Shown: one piece after another, positions 9,599 to 20,221 of the stretch
Numbering within the stretch: position 1 is the first letter of the stretch
Layout: each line of letters begins with the position of its first letter
The notes under the pieces: generated by a model
The model's database searches: none
What the model was told of the DNA's origin: nothing
What the model saw: the letters and a program-made list of their open reading frames with translations, nothing else
NCBI GenBank assembly: GCA_018238625.1
Contig: JABCSY010000027.1
Location: forward strand, 1-41,833
Source: Promethearchaeota archaeon
Lineage (GTDB): Archaea; Asgardarchaeota; Lokiarchaeia; Sigyniarchaeales; SOKP01
Direction: 5' to 3'
DNA length: 41,833 nt
Made by a program: the position numbers and the translations under genes

Positions 9599-9715
9599 AA
9601 AATTTAGCTAAGAAAAAGAGAGATTAGAAAACAAAAAAGATATAAATAATTTCTAACAATCAAATTCATAATTAATTTCATTTTAAATAATAAAGAAAGA
9701 ATTCTGTGAAAAATT

Positions 9716-10510
9716 ATGTCTGAAAAAACAAATTGGTCCATGGTTACTTTGTTAACATTGCTTGTACTTATATCTTGGATAATCCTTGCGATAATATTTG
9801 GCATTTATGATTTAAATATTTCAATCGCAGTTGTCGATGAAGCCTCTGCTTGGGGGAACTTTGGTGCTGATTACGGGGAACTACCGGGTTATGCGCTAAT
9901 TGGAATCGCATTAGCAACTTTTATTGGTGGTTACATTAAAAATTTGAAATTACAAAAAACACCTGCCTTGATAATTATTGTTGTTGGATTGCTTTTTGTT
10001 ATATTCGATGATGATTTTTACGTAGGTTTCAGTTTAATTATTCCAGTGATAATTTATACGATTATAACTTGGAATAAAGATTGGAAAAATTACAGAACCT
10101 TAGCTGGTATAATTTCACTTTTAGCTATTATTCACCCTTTACTATTTGTACAAATTTTTAAGATTTTATGTGGAAGAGTTCGCTTCAGGAATCTTGATCC
10201 TGGGTTTACCAATTTTACACCCTGGTTTTTGCCACCTGGATTAAGCTGGGATAATAAGTCGTTTCCTTCAGGCCATACCGCAATGGGTTGGATGTTTCTA
10301 CCGTTGTTAATAGCTGTTAAAGACCGTGAAATCAAGGATCCTTATAGAATCGTAGTTACAGTTTTAGTAATTGGATGGGGTTTATTCGTAGGATTATCCC
10401 GAATTGTTGTTGGTGCTCACTATGCTTCTGATGTTCTCTTCTCGACGGGGATGGCAGCAATCGTAACCATACTTTTACTATACAAAAATTCATATCTAAA
10501 GAAAAAATAA
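9716..10510 (+). CDS. PAP2 family membrane phosphatase
   Basis: KILCGRVR, SFPSGH and SRIVVGAHYASDV motifs. Confidence 0.92.
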   Translation: MSEKTNWSMVTLLTLLVLISWIILAIIFGIYDLNISIAVVDEASAWGNFGADYGELPGYALIGIALATFIGGYIKNLKLQKTPALIIIVVGLLFVIFDDDFYVGFSLIIPVIIYTIITWNKDWKNYRTLAGIISLLAIIHPLLFVQIFKILCGRVRFRNLDPGFTNFTPWFLPPGLSWDNKSFPSGHTAMGWMFLPLLIAVKDREIKDPYRIVVTVLVIGWGLFVGLSRIVVGAHYASDVLFSTGMAAIVTILLLYKNSYLKKK

Positions 10511-10580
10511 CCTTTTTAATTTTTCTCAATTTTTTTTACTTTTAGGATTCAAATCAAGTTTTTGACGAGGAAAAAGATTT

Positions 10581-11243
10581 ATGAAAAAGATTTTTAAAGA
10601 TGTTTATCACGTTGGTGATTCGGGTTGCTCTGTATTTTTAGTGGACACTCATAGCGAAGACGGGCTTGTTTTGATCGATTGTGGAATGAGTCTTGAAATG
10701 ATTAAAAAAATCAGCAAACTAAATTTAAATCCCAAAAATATACAGCACTGTATATTAACTCACTTTCATATTGACCATACAGGCGCTTGTTTCGATTTAA
10801 AAAATTTTAACAAGCAAGTTAAGTTCTATGCTCACGATTTAGACGCCGATCCAATCGAGGAGAGTGGTCACGACGAGAAAACAGCCGCGTCTTGGTACGG
10901 AATTGATTACAAGCCCGTTAAATTAGAAAAAAGGTTTAAGGGAGATTTGGAAGTTTTACAATTAGGATACTACGAATTTCTATGCGTTCATACGCCTGGA
11001 CATACTCCTGGTTCAATATCAATTTTAATCGAAATTGAGAACACGAAAATTCTATTTGGACAAGATATTCACGGTCCTTTTTATGAAAGTTTTGGCTCCG
11101 ATTTAGAAGATTATCAAAAATCAATGCAAAAACTTTTAGATTTAAAGGCTGATATTTTATGCGAAGGTCATTTTGGCGTAATAAAACCAGCTAGCGAAGT
11201 AGAACGCTACATCAGAAACTACATGGAAAGCAATCGCCCTTAA
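10581..11243 (+). CDS. Metallo-beta-lactamase fold hydrolase
   Basis: THFHIDH, HTPGHTPG, GQD and EGH motifs. Confidence 0.92.
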   Translation: MKKIFKDVYHVGDSGCSVFLVDTHSEDGLVLIDCGMSLEMIKKISKLNLNPKNIQHCILTHFHIDHTGACFDLKNFNKQVKFYAHDLDADPIEESGHDEKTAASWYGIDYKPVKLEKRFKGDLEVLQLGYYEFLCVHTPGHTPGSISILIEIENTKILFGQDIHGPFYESFGSDLEDYQKSMQKLLDLKADILCEGHFGVIKPASEVERYIRNYMESNRP

Positions 11244-11389
11244 AGGATTTTACAATCTTGTCAAAAATGTAAAATCATAACCTATTCCTAATTTTAATTA
11301 TATTATTGATCTCAATTCTTTTAAAAGGATTTATTTTTTAATAGAAATAATATTTTAATACCGAATATTTTGCGTTTAGGAGATTTTAT

Positions 11390-12226
11390 TTGATAAATGA
11401 TTTCTTTGAATCGTTTAAACAAGCTAGAAGATTGTTTGAGTACGACTATATCTTTATAGATGGAGTATTTCTTACGATATGGCTTGCATTTTTGATAAAA
11501 TGCAAAAAATGGGCTCCAATCAAATTTGGAATAATTACTGGATTTTTAATATATACCATTGATGCAATAGCGTGGTTCAATATACCCGCAGGTTCTACTT
11601 ACCCTTCTGGCACATATATACGAGAGTATTGGATCGGAGGAATATATATGCCCCGCCCCTTAGGGGATTATTTTTGGATTAAATTTGGGGCAGATTTTAT
11701 GATGACTTTTTCTTACTCGATGTTTGCATTTGGCTGGCTATGGATAATGTTTGAAAATTTTGTAAAGAAAAATAAAAGAGAGATTGTCTTATTTACATCG
11801 CTCTTTTTTGGATTTTGGTTGCTAACACCCTTTCTATCTTTTTGGCTTCCGATAGATAATACAACAGTCGACACTGTTAGATATATGGACACTCAAATAA
11901 CAATTTGGATTACTAATGTAGTGATTGGTTATTCCATTTTGTTTTTAATATATGGGACAAATAAGTTTAATTGTAAAAATCCTAAAATAATCTTATATGT
12001 AATGATAATAGGATGTTTAGAATCTTTTTTTATGGAATTTCCTCTTTTAATATCCGGTATTCGGCCTACTGGTATACTGTTCCTATTTTTTGAAGTATTT
12101 ATTTTGTTTAATCAGGGCGCTCCGTACCTATATATTCTATTTGATAAAGTAATACCAATGCTTAGTCATAAAAATAAAATAGATCAATTAAAAGAAATAG
12201 AATTAGTAATTGAAAGAAAAAAATAG
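11390..12226 (+). CDS. Hypothetical polytopic membrane protein
   Basis: About seven hydrophobic segments; TTG start after AGGAG. Confidence 0.75.
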   Translation: MINDFFESFKQARRLFEYDYIFIDGVFLTIWLAFLIKCKKWAPIKFGIITGFLIYTIDAIAWFNIPAGSTYPSGTYIREYWIGGIYMPRPLGDYFWIKFGADFMMTFSYSMFAFGWLWIMFENFVKKNKREIVLFTSLFFGFWLLTPFLSFWLPIDNTTVDTVRYMDTQITIWITNVVIGYSILFLIYGTNKFNCKNPKIILYVMIIGCLESFFMEFPLLISGIRPTGILFLFFEVFILFNQGAPYLYILFDKVIPMLSHKNKIDQLKEIELVIERKK

Positions 12227-12258
12227 AATTAAATCAATAAAATCAATTTAAAACTTCT

Positions 12259-15200
12259 TTATATTTTACTTTTAATCAATTTTATATTGCTTTTAAGAAC
12301 TTTTGCTAGGGGAACTTTTCCTGAACCGCTCTGATTAAGCGTGTTTAGGGCGTCTTCATGAATTTTTAAAGCTTCAACGTAAGATTTTTGTTCTAAATAT
12401 GTTAATCCCAATTTATATTGACTGTCTGCTATTCCTTCGCTGTTTTCAATGGATTCGAATATTTTAAGGGCTTTACTACAGGTTTTCCACGCATCCGCGT
12501 ATTTCCCTTGATTGAGATAAGTTAAACCAATATTATTTATATATTGAGCTTTCTTATTCTTGTCATCGTTCTTGTCAGCTATTCTTGAGGCCTCTTCGAA
12601 ACGTTTTAACGCAACGGGATAATTAGCTTCGTCTAAATATATCAACCCTATATTGTTAAGGCTCTCTGCTTTTCGAGAGTAATTCTTTAACTCATTGTCT
12701 ATGTTCAAAGACTCTTCGAATGTCTTCAGCGCATCAAGGTATAATCCCTGATCTCTATAGATCATCGCAGTATTAAATAAATTTTCAGCTCTCTCATTTG
12801 ATGGTCCTAAAACTTTAAACAGTTTTGTTCCTCGATCGTACCACTTAAGAGCTTGGTTGAAGTCACCTCGATCTTGGTATACCAACCCAATTTTATTTAA
12901 ACAATATGTTTTACCGATCAAGTCTCCTCTTTTATCAAATAAATCAAGTGCGAGATTGTAACGTTTAAAAGCATCTCTATAGATGCCTTGCTCGTGGAAA
13001 ATGACACCTATATTACAAAGAATTCGTGCTTTCCTGTCATCGTCATAAATTTGTGTGGAAATCTTAAGAGCTTCGCTATACCACTTCAATCCTTCAGAAT
13101 AGTTATCTAAATTTTGATAAATTGAACCTATACTTTCAAAACAATCAGCGTTACCTTCAAGATTCTCAATTTCATCGAATAATTTATAAGCATCTTCGTA
13201 CCACTTTAGTGCTTCATTGAAATGCTCTTGAACTCTATAAATATCCCCAATTTTGCGTATAATTGTAGCTTCGTTAGTTAAATTCCCTAGTTGTTCCTCA
13301 ATTTCTAACGCTTCTCTATATTTTTCTAAGACTTCATTGTATTTCTTATGAACCAGAAAAACATTGCCAATACATAGAAGCCTTTGTGCTTTCCCTTTCG
13401 TATTTCCTAGTTGATCGTCAATTTTTAACGCTTCTTCGTACATCTTCAACGCTTCTGGAAATTTATCCTCGTCAAAATAGATATCTCCTATACTTGTGAA
13501 GATATCCGCTTTGGTTTCAAGATTTCCTATACTTTCTGAAACATAGATCGCTTCGTTATAATGTCTTAAAGCTTCTGGATAATGCTTTTGGGCTTGATAT
13601 ATTTTGCTTATAATAATAAGTATTTGAATTTGTTCATCGAGATGGCCTAATTCATCCGCTATCAGTAAAGCTTCTTCATAGCGTTTTAAAGCTCCAACAT
13701 AATCCCATTTTTCTCGAAATATATCGCCTATAATACTAAGACAGAGTGCTTTTTTGTGTAGGTTTCCAATTTGCTCAGCTGTTTGAACTGCCTCTTCAAG
13801 TACCTTTAGCGCTTCATTATCCTGTCCTATATAATGGTAGTTAATACCAATCAAATGAAGACTTTCAATTCTCCCTTCCATATTATTTTCTTGATCGAAG
13901 ATTTCAAGCGCTTCTTCAAATTTTTCCATAGCCTGAGAATACACGCCCTGATCTTGGAAAATAGATCCTATCTTGTTAAGCAATTCAGCCTTTTTCCCTT
14001 TTTTACCTAATTTATTAACAACCTCTAGAGCGCTCTTATACCTATTCAAAGCTTCTTTGAAGTTTGCTTGCTCGGCATAGTAATTTCCAATATTTTTTAA
14101 AGAGTCAGCATTTCCTTCAAGGTTTTCTGTTTCTCCATAAATTTCAAGAGCTTCTTGAAAATTTCTAAGTGACTCTAAAAACTTTCTTTGGTCCAGAAAA
14201 ATTTCTCCTATCACATTAAGAGTGGAGGCTTTGCTGTTTAAATCTTCATAGCGTTCAAATATCTCTAATGCCTTTTCAAATCGTCTTAAAGCTTTTAGAT
14301 ACATTTTTTGTTCTTTATGTATAAGTCCTATTTTTTTTAACACATCTACTTTCCCTTTAAGGTCTCCTACCTGATCAAAGAGTTTTAAAGAATCTTCAAA
14401 CCATTTTAATGCTTCAGAATACTTATCTTGATTTTGGAAAATTGTACCTATTTGGTTTGCGAAGTTGGCTTTTAACTCGATGTTCCCCAATTTTTCAGCA
14501 ATTTGAAACCCATCCTCAAAATAATCTAAAGCTTTGATGTAATTCCACTGGTCTCTGTAAATTATCCCTTGGATTTTTAGAGAATCCAATTTCCCTTCAT
14601 TATTTTTTAACCGATCATAAATCCTCAAAGCTTCGTTACACTTATCCAATCCATTTAGGGAATCGCCCATTTCATGAAATATGCGCCCTAAGAGATTAAG
14701 AATTGCTGCTTTATCTTCAAGGTTTTCTAATTGTTCGTTAAGATTCAAGGCTTCTTTAAGATATTTAAGAGCCTCGTTAAAATTCTTTTTTGCATAGTAA
14801 ATTTTCCCTATTTGCTTGTAATTAATCGCTTTATCGCTAAGATTTTCAAGCTTGTCATTAATTTTAATTGCAGCTTCGAAATACTTTAGAGCGTCTTGAT
14901 ATTTCTCTTGATATTGATAATTAATACCAATATGTTTGTATAATTTAGATTTTTCATAAAAATCTTTAATTCGCTCGTTTTCCTTTAAAGCAAATTCAAA
15001 ATTTTGCAAAGCCTCAGAATAATTTTTCTTAGCCTGGTGAATTAGGGCAATATATTTAAAAATTGAAGTTCGTTGAGGAAAGGTTTTTATTTTCAGCTGA
15101 ACTTGTAAAGATTTACGCAACCATTCTAAAGCATCGTTATAATTTAATTGAACGTAATTGATAATTCCCATTTCCATAAGAGCAATTGTTTTCCATTGGT

Positions 15201-16317
15201 TATCTCCCGAATCTTCACTTATCCTAAAAATTCTTTCCAAACACCTTAAAGCATCGTTATAATTTTTTGTCTCAAAGTAAATTTTATTAGATATAAACAA
15301 CTTAGTTAATTCGTTGGGTTCATCAATGTTATCTTTAAACCATTCCATTAAGTCAATAGAAAATTTATCTTTGCTTAATTTTTCTTTTTCCTTAAAGAAT
15401 TTCTCAAGAAATTTGGAAGTGTTCACGTTTAATCGAAAAACATTGACAGAACCATTTAATTGTTTAATTTCTGATAAGGATTGGTCTAATTTATTTAGAT
15501 TTTTAAGATCACTACTCTTTTGTGCGCCGAATTCATAGAGGTCTTCTCTTGATCCTCCGTTTGAAATGTGATTTATCCAGATTAAGTTTTTTAAATTTTT
15601 CATTATTTTAAGGGTCGCCATAAGGTCGAAATCGTTTTTACCAGAATAACCTAAAACTATAAGTGAACGGTCGTTTGAAATTTTATCTAAGAACTGTGCC
15701 TTATAGGGCTCTAATTGGACGATATTACTCTCTGTTTGGTTCAGCCCAATTAATTTTAAAGTGTTGATAAACGATGTTCTCGTATCTTCACCAGTGATGA
15801 TGTTTCTATTAGAACCATGTATTTTATAGACGGGTATCTTTCCATTTTTATATAACTTTTCTGGGTCACTGAATTTTTCGTAATCTTTTTTAGTAATTAC
15901 AGGAACAATCTTCTTCTTAGGAACATTAGATTGTAGTAGAGCATATTCTAATAGAAAATCGAAGTTACTGGTAATAACAAAATGCCCCTTTTTCTTCATC
16001 ATTTCAGCAAGAACAAAATGCTCAAGATTGGGTTTGTCACTTTTTGTGAAAAAGTTAAGAAATCGAAAATCGTCCTCAATCGAATTGTGAATAATTCCTG
16101 CTAAAACTTCAAACCTTAAATTCTGTAACTTCATGATTGCTTCGATCTCAGAATTAGCACAATAAAGCTTAATTAGTGCCTTCATCGTATCATTAGTTGA
16201 TGGTAATCGAGAAGGCGCCTCAACTGAAGCTCCCGCACCCATTAAAAAAGTAAGCTTTTCGTCTGATTCGAATAATTTTGTAACATTAAAATTTTTTGAC
16301 TTTTTAATTGAACTCAT
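12259..16317 (-). CDS. SIR2-like domain + long TPR array protein
   Basis: GAGAS, ITSNFD, KIHGS and LGYSG motifs in the first 250 aa or so, followed by roughly 24-25 repeats of 40 aa (A..L..IG.IY..Q..Y.EAL..FEEAL). Confidence 0.9.
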   Translation of the reverse strand: MSSIKKSKNFNVTKLFESDEKLTFLMGAGASVEAPSRLPSTNDTMKALIKLYCANSEIEAIMKLQNLRFEVLAGIIHNSIEDDFRFLNFFTKSDKPNLEHFVLAEMMKKKGHFVITSNFDFLLEYALLQSNVPKKKIVPVITKKDYEKFSDPEKLYKNGKIPVYKIHGSNRNIITGEDTRTSFINTLKLIGLNQTESNIVQLEPYKAQFLDKISNDRSLIVLGYSGKNDFDLMATLKIMKNLKNLIWINHISNGGSREDLYEFGAQKSSDLKNLNKLDQSLSEIKQLNGSVNVFRLNVNTSKFLEKFFKEKEKLSKDKFSIDLMEWFKDNIDEPNELTKLFISNKIYFETKNYNDALRCLERIFRISEDSGDNQWKTIALMEMGIINYVQLNYNDALEWLRKSLQVQLKIKTFPQRTSIFKYIALIHQAKKNYSEALQNFEFALKENERIKDFYEKSKLYKHIGINYQYQEKYQDALKYFEAAIKINDKLENLSDKAINYKQIGKIYYAKKNFNEALKYLKEALNLNEQLENLEDKAAILNLLGRIFHEMGDSLNGLDKCNEALRIYDRLKNNEGKLDSLKIQGIIYRDQWNYIKALDYFEDGFQIAEKLGNIELKANFANQIGTIFQNQDKYSEALKWFEDSLKLFDQVGDLKGKVDVLKKIGLIHKEQKMYLKALRRFEKALEIFERYEDLNSKASTLNVIGEIFLDQRKFLESLRNFQEALEIYGETENLEGNADSLKNIGNYYAEQANFKEALNRYKSALEVVNKLGKKGKKAELLNKIGSIFQDQGVYSQAMEKFEEALEIFDQENNMEGRIESLHLIGINYHYIGQDNEALKVLEEAVQTAEQIGNLHKKALCLSIIGDIFREKWDYVGALKRYEEALLIADELGHLDEQIQILIIISKIYQAQKHYPEALRHYNEAIYVSESIGNLETKADIFTSIGDIYFDEDKFPEALKMYEEALKIDDQLGNTKGKAQRLLCIGNVFLVHKKYNEVLEKYREALEIEEQLGNLTNEATIIRKIGDIYRVQEHFNEALKWYEDAYKLFDEIENLEGNADCFESIGSIYQNLDNYSEGLKWYSEALKISTQIYDDDRKARILCNIGVIFHEQGIYRDAFKRYNLALDLFDKRGDLIGKTYCLNKIGLVYQDRGDFNQALKWYDRGTKLFKVLGPSNERAENLFNTAMIYRDQGLYLDALKTFEESLNIDNELKNYSRKAESLNNIGLIYLDEANYPVALKRFEEASRIADKNDDKNKKAQYINNIGLTYLNQGKYADAWKTCSKALKIFESIENSEGIADSQYKLGLTYLEQKSYVEALKIHEDALNTLNQSGSGKVPLAKVLKSNIKLIKSKI

Positions 16318-16432
16318 ATATTCGCACCTATAAATTTAAAAATTTATGCTTATGTAAGAATGTTACTCTTGTCACTCTTAAAAAATTTTGCTTCATATTT
16401 TGAAATCAATATTAAACATTTAGCTATTGAAA

Positions 16433-17245
16433 TTAAAATTTGAAGAAATTATTGATCTCTTCGTGAATTTTTTCAACCTCTTCTTCTTGAATAATTTCGT
16501 GATCCATGTTGTCAATAATTACGATGTCTAAATTGCTTATTGAGTCTTGAAAAAAATCAGTAATTTCATTAACAGGAGTTATTTTATCTGAATCGCCAAT
16601 TATTATTCTTAAAGTTTTACAGTTAAGATGTTTTATCACTTCTTTTATTTGGTAACTCTTGTTTTTTAATTCGTTTTTAGTTTTCTTAATAAAATCATCT
16701 ATATTTTCTATTCCTTTTACATTTCCTGGAAGAAATTGGTTTATATAACGCAAAGATTTTGAGAAATCAATATGATACGCATGTTTTTCTAAATTAATAA
16801 TTGGACTTATAAGCAAGATTCTATTTAAAACCTTTATTTTTGAACTTAGAATGAGCGCTATGTACGCTCCAAAATCGTGAGCAAGAAGATTTACGTTGTT
16901 TAAATCAAATACATTTCGTTCTGCCATTTTTTTGACAAATTCGATAATTTTGATGGAATCTGATACTTGAGACGTTATAGATACTTCCCCTTGACTATAT
17001 CTATATCCTCTGAAATTAAAAACTAGAAAGGAATAACCCACGTCTAAAAGATATTGGTGATTTTTAACGATTTCTTTTAACGCAAATAATTGTGGGAAAC
17101 CGTGGAAATAAATTATTAATGGATAAGGTTTATGAAAAGTTGCTGGAGGAAAATAAAGCATGCCTTTAAAGATTTGATTTTGGTTATGTATTTCAACCTC
17201 AGATACCTCGTATATGCCGTCATATTGTTTTTCTTTAAATTCCAG
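16433..17245 (-). CDS. Alpha/beta hydrolase fold protein with atypical nucleophile motif
   Basis: FHGFP, FNFRGY, AHDFG (Asp in place of Ser), D and H near the C-terminus. The frame is open upstream of ATG17161 to a CTG at 17245 preceded by GGTGA. Confidence 0.75.
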   Translation of the reverse strand: MEFKEKQYDGIYEVSEVEIHNQNQIFKGMLYFPPATFHKPYPLIIYFHGFPQLFALKEIVKNHQYLLDVGYSFLVFNFRGYRYSQGEVSITSQVSDSIKIIEFVKKMAERNVFDLNNVNLLAHDFGAYIALILSSKIKVLNRILLISPIINLEKHAYHIDFSKSLRYINQFLPGNVKGIENIDDFIKKTKNELKNKSYQIKEVIKHLNCKTLRIIIGDSDKITPVNEITDFFQDSISNLDIVIIDNMDHEIIQEEEVEKIHEEINNFFKF

Positions 17246-17347
17246 TATTTTTTCACCACAATATAATAATGTAATAAAAAAATTTATCTAATTTATTTAA
17301 TAGTGTCAAATATTAGAATAATATTATAAATTTCGGATACTATTAAA

Positions 17348-18211
17348 ATGAGATTTGAAGATTGGCACACTCATAACTCACTTTGTCGGCATGCAAAAGG
17401 CTCAATTGAGGATTATGTTAAAAAAGCTGTTGAGCTTAAGTTAAGCGTTATTGGAGCGAGTGATCATTTTCCTTACGGGTTTTTAAGCTCAGAAATATCA
17501 TCTCTTGATGATATACCATATAAAAGGTATGCAATGACCTTAGATGAAGTTGATGGATATATTTTAGAATTAGAGCATCTTAAAGAAAAATACAAGGGTA
17601 AAATTCAAATAAAATCCGCTTTTGAAATTGATTTTTTTAAGAATCAAGAACATGTTCTTAATCGATACCTTAAAAATTACATTAACAAACTTGACTACAT
17701 TTTAGGATCTGTTCATGTGTTGTTTGGAAAGGCAGGTATCTTTGCTTTTGACGATGGTCGATTTCTAAATAAGTATAAAGTATACGATAATAACGACGAA
17801 ATTTATCTTGAGTTTTACAACACCTTACAAGATATGATTAAATCAAAAAAATTTGATTTTGATATTGTAAGTCACTTTGATTTACCTAAAAAATTCGATA
17901 AAAGGGCTGAAACCTACGACCTTATCATGGAAAAAGTAGTAGAGACTCTTGAACTAGCAAAAAAAAGAGATTTAACCATTGAAATTAATTCTAGTGGTTT
18001 GAGAAAAAAAATTAGAGAACAATATCCAAGTGTTGAGATTATTGAAAAAATGTACGAGTTAGATATCCCCGTTTTGTTAGGTTCAGATGCACACCAAATT
18101 AATGAAATAGCTTATGAGTTTAAGTATATAATAGGATTATTAAAAAATATTGGTTATAATCAGCTTGCACATTACAATAAAAGAAATAGAACATTTATAG
18201 AAATTGATTAA
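17348..18211 (+). CDS. hisJ: Histidinol-phosphatase, PHP/HisJ family
   Basis: DWHTHNSLCRHA, SDHFP, GSVH, HFDLPKKF, EINSSG and GSDAH motifs. Confidence 0.85.
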   Translation: MRFEDWHTHNSLCRHAKGSIEDYVKKAVELKLSVIGASDHFPYGFLSSEISSLDDIPYKRYAMTLDEVDGYILELEHLKEKYKGKIQIKSAFEIDFFKNQEHVLNRYLKNYINKLDYILGSVHVLFGKAGIFAFDDGRFLNKYKVYDNNDEIYLEFYNTLQDMIKSKKFDFDIVSHFDLPKKFDKRAETYDLIMEKVVETLELAKKRDLTIEINSSGLRKKIREQYPSVEIIEKMYELDIPVLLGSDAHQINEIAYEFKYIIGLLKNIGYNQLAHYNKRNRTFIEID

Positions 18212-18262
18212 AATATGAGATGTTTTTGCTCATCAGATAAAAAACACATAAAAATAAAAGCT

Positions 18263-19219
18263 TTATTCTATTTTCCGTGAACGTAGCCATCCTTCCATAA
18301 CTAAACTCCGTAGCAATCGCTGATGTTTGGAGTCTCTTGTATGGATAACTAAATTTTTATTTTCGCTTTCTCCTCGAATTGCGAATAGTAGCTCCTCTCC
18401 ATCCCTATCGATAACAAATCTATCTTTCTGTTCGTATAATCTTATTGATATATTATCTAAACTTCCAAATTCTTCTAAAAGTTCCGCATCATCTTCAAGA
18501 CTGGGGTCAATTGAACTAGAGACCTTCATATTAACAGACGATCGTACCTCATATAAATGTAGCTCCTGCAAGTCCTCTATGTCGGGAACAGCAATAGTTA
18601 TGTTATGTAGCGCTTTACTTAGTATATCTCTCATTTTTTTCAAAATATCTGCCTTAGAAACCTCTATGTCTGTCCAGTCTACAATTTTAGGACCCGAAGC
18701 TGAAGCTAGGTTATTTCTTAACTTCTCATTTTCCGTCTCTAACGCTTCTAAATCTTCATCCGCTGTTTCTAATTCTCCACTTAATATATTGAGTTTTTCC
18801 TGAAGATTTTCGATTTTTCCATCTTTTTCCATTATAAGATTTTTCTCAACCGTAGAAGAAGCCAATTCTTTCAATTGTTCCTCTTTTAAGCTGACAGACT
18901 TTTCTAAAGTCTTGATTTTCTCGTTTTTAATTTTTAAAGAATTGTGGAGTGTTTCAACTTGTCCATCTTTTAAATCCATTGAGGATTTGATAGTTTTTAT
19001 TTGATCGTCTTTAAGGCTTAGAGAACTCTTCAAATTTTCAATTAGATCGTCTTTAATTTTCAATTTGAGGTCAATATCTTCGAACTTTTTCAATCCTTCT
19101 TCTATTAACAAAAGTCTTTTCCGTAATTCGTTAATAACTTTTTCTTTTTGTTTTAGTTCCTCTTGTAGATTGGCTATATAATCTTTATTTGGCTCAGTTA
19201 GGTTGTTTAATTCATCCAT
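18263..19219 (-). CDS. Long coiled-coil protein with C-terminal alpha/beta (PLD/TrmB-like) domain
   Basis: Heptad-rich residues 10-175 containing 14-aa repeats. The C-terminal NITIAVP..RFVIDRDGEELLFA pattern resembles a PLD-like fold without an HKD motif. Confidence 0.6.
   Translation of the reverse strand: MDELNNLTEPNKDYIANLQEELKQKEKVINELRKRLLLIEEGLKKFEDIDLKLKIKDDLIENLKSSLSLKDDQIKTIKSSMDLKDGQVETLHNSLKIKNEKIKTLEKSVSLKEEQLKELASSTVEKNLIMEKDGKIENLQEKLNILSGELETADEDLEALETENEKLRNNLASASGPKIVDWTDIEVSKADILKKMRDILSKALHNITIAVPDIEDLQELHLYEVRSSVNMKVSSSIDPSLEDDAELLEEFGSLDNISIRLYEQKDRFVIDRDGEELLFAIRGESENKNLVIHTRDSKHQRLLRSLVMEGWLRSRKIE
18848..19057 (-). repeat. Five tandem 14-aa (42-bp) coiled-coil repeats
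   Basis: IKDDLIENLKSSLS / LKDDQIKTIKSSMD / LKDGQVETLHNSLK / IKNEKIKTLEKSVS / LKEEQLKELASSTV. Confidence 0.75.
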
Positions 19220-19306
19220 CTTAAAATACTAGATTTTATTCTCTATTTTATGAATAATAATAAAAGAATTACTTTTTAATTCTTAGCTAAATATGGATAT
19301 CTTCAT

Positions 19307-20143
19307 TTATAAAAAAGAGGAATTTTTATCAATATACCTAAACCTTTTGTCCATTTTGATAATATCCTCCATGAATGTCAAATGGTAACTTCCAATATTC
19401 TCTATTGTTATATCGCGGTCAATAATATTTATCCCCCTTACTATATCGCCCTTCTTAATAGATGCTTTAATCGAATCTTGCATTTCTTTTTCTCCTCGAA
19501 AAGAAAAATCAACTTCCAAATAATATATAATTTTTTGATTGAATATGTAGAAGGGAAGGGAATAATATTCGCTTAAGATTTGATTTTCTTCTGGTTTCTC
19601 TACAATATCAACAATCTTTAATCCGTGCTTTATATCTGAATCTCTATTTAATTCTGAATCTTTAGAAATCTTAACGTTTCCGTGCCCGATAGCAATTTTT
19701 TTATCTTTTGATTTCATTAAACCTAGGATTATGTCCGCACTCGCGTTTTTGTACAAAGAAAACATCTGATTGATTTTTTGTTTTGAAAAAACAACGTCTG
19801 CGGCAGTTACAAAAAAATTGAATTGTTTTTGCTTTTTTTCTTTAAATTGATTAAGACATAATAAAAGACCGTCTGCCATCCCCAACTGGTTTGTTTGCTC
19901 TATAAACTCTAATTCAATATCTTGAATTTTAAATAATTCCGTTTTAATTGCTTGTTGTTTATAGCCAACTAATATAATAAATTTAATAAATCCCGCTTCT
20001 TTAAAGGTGTGAATAATGCGGGATATTATCGGTACTCCATTGATTTTAATTAATGGTTTAGGAATTGTATTAGATAAAGGTCTTAATCTCGTTGCTTTAC
20101 CTGCTGCTAGTATAATTACATATGTGTTTATTGAAGAAGGCAT
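19307..20143 (-). CDS. Sugar-phosphate nucleotidyltransferase (NTP_transferase family)
   Basis: ILAAGKATRLRPL..PKPL, Q..QLG and VEKP motifs. Confidence 0.9.
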   Translation of the reverse strand: MPSSINTYVIILAAGKATRLRPLSNTIPKPLIKINGVPIISRIIHTFKEAGFIKFIILVGYKQQAIKTELFKIQDIELEFIEQTNQLGMADGLLLCLNQFKEKKQKQFNFFVTAADVVFSKQKINQMFSLYKNASADIILGLMKSKDKKIAIGHGNVKISKDSELNRDSDIKHGLKIVDIVEKPEENQILSEYYSLPFYIFNQKIIYYLEVDFSFRGEKEMQDSIKASIKKGDIVRGINIIDRDITIENIGSYHLTFMEDIIKMDKRFRYIDKNSSFL

Positions 20144-20221
20144 AAAATCAAGCGTTTTTTTATATCCTATTTTTACAAATATAAGAATATCTTTAAATTT
20201 GATTACTATTATTATAATTTC

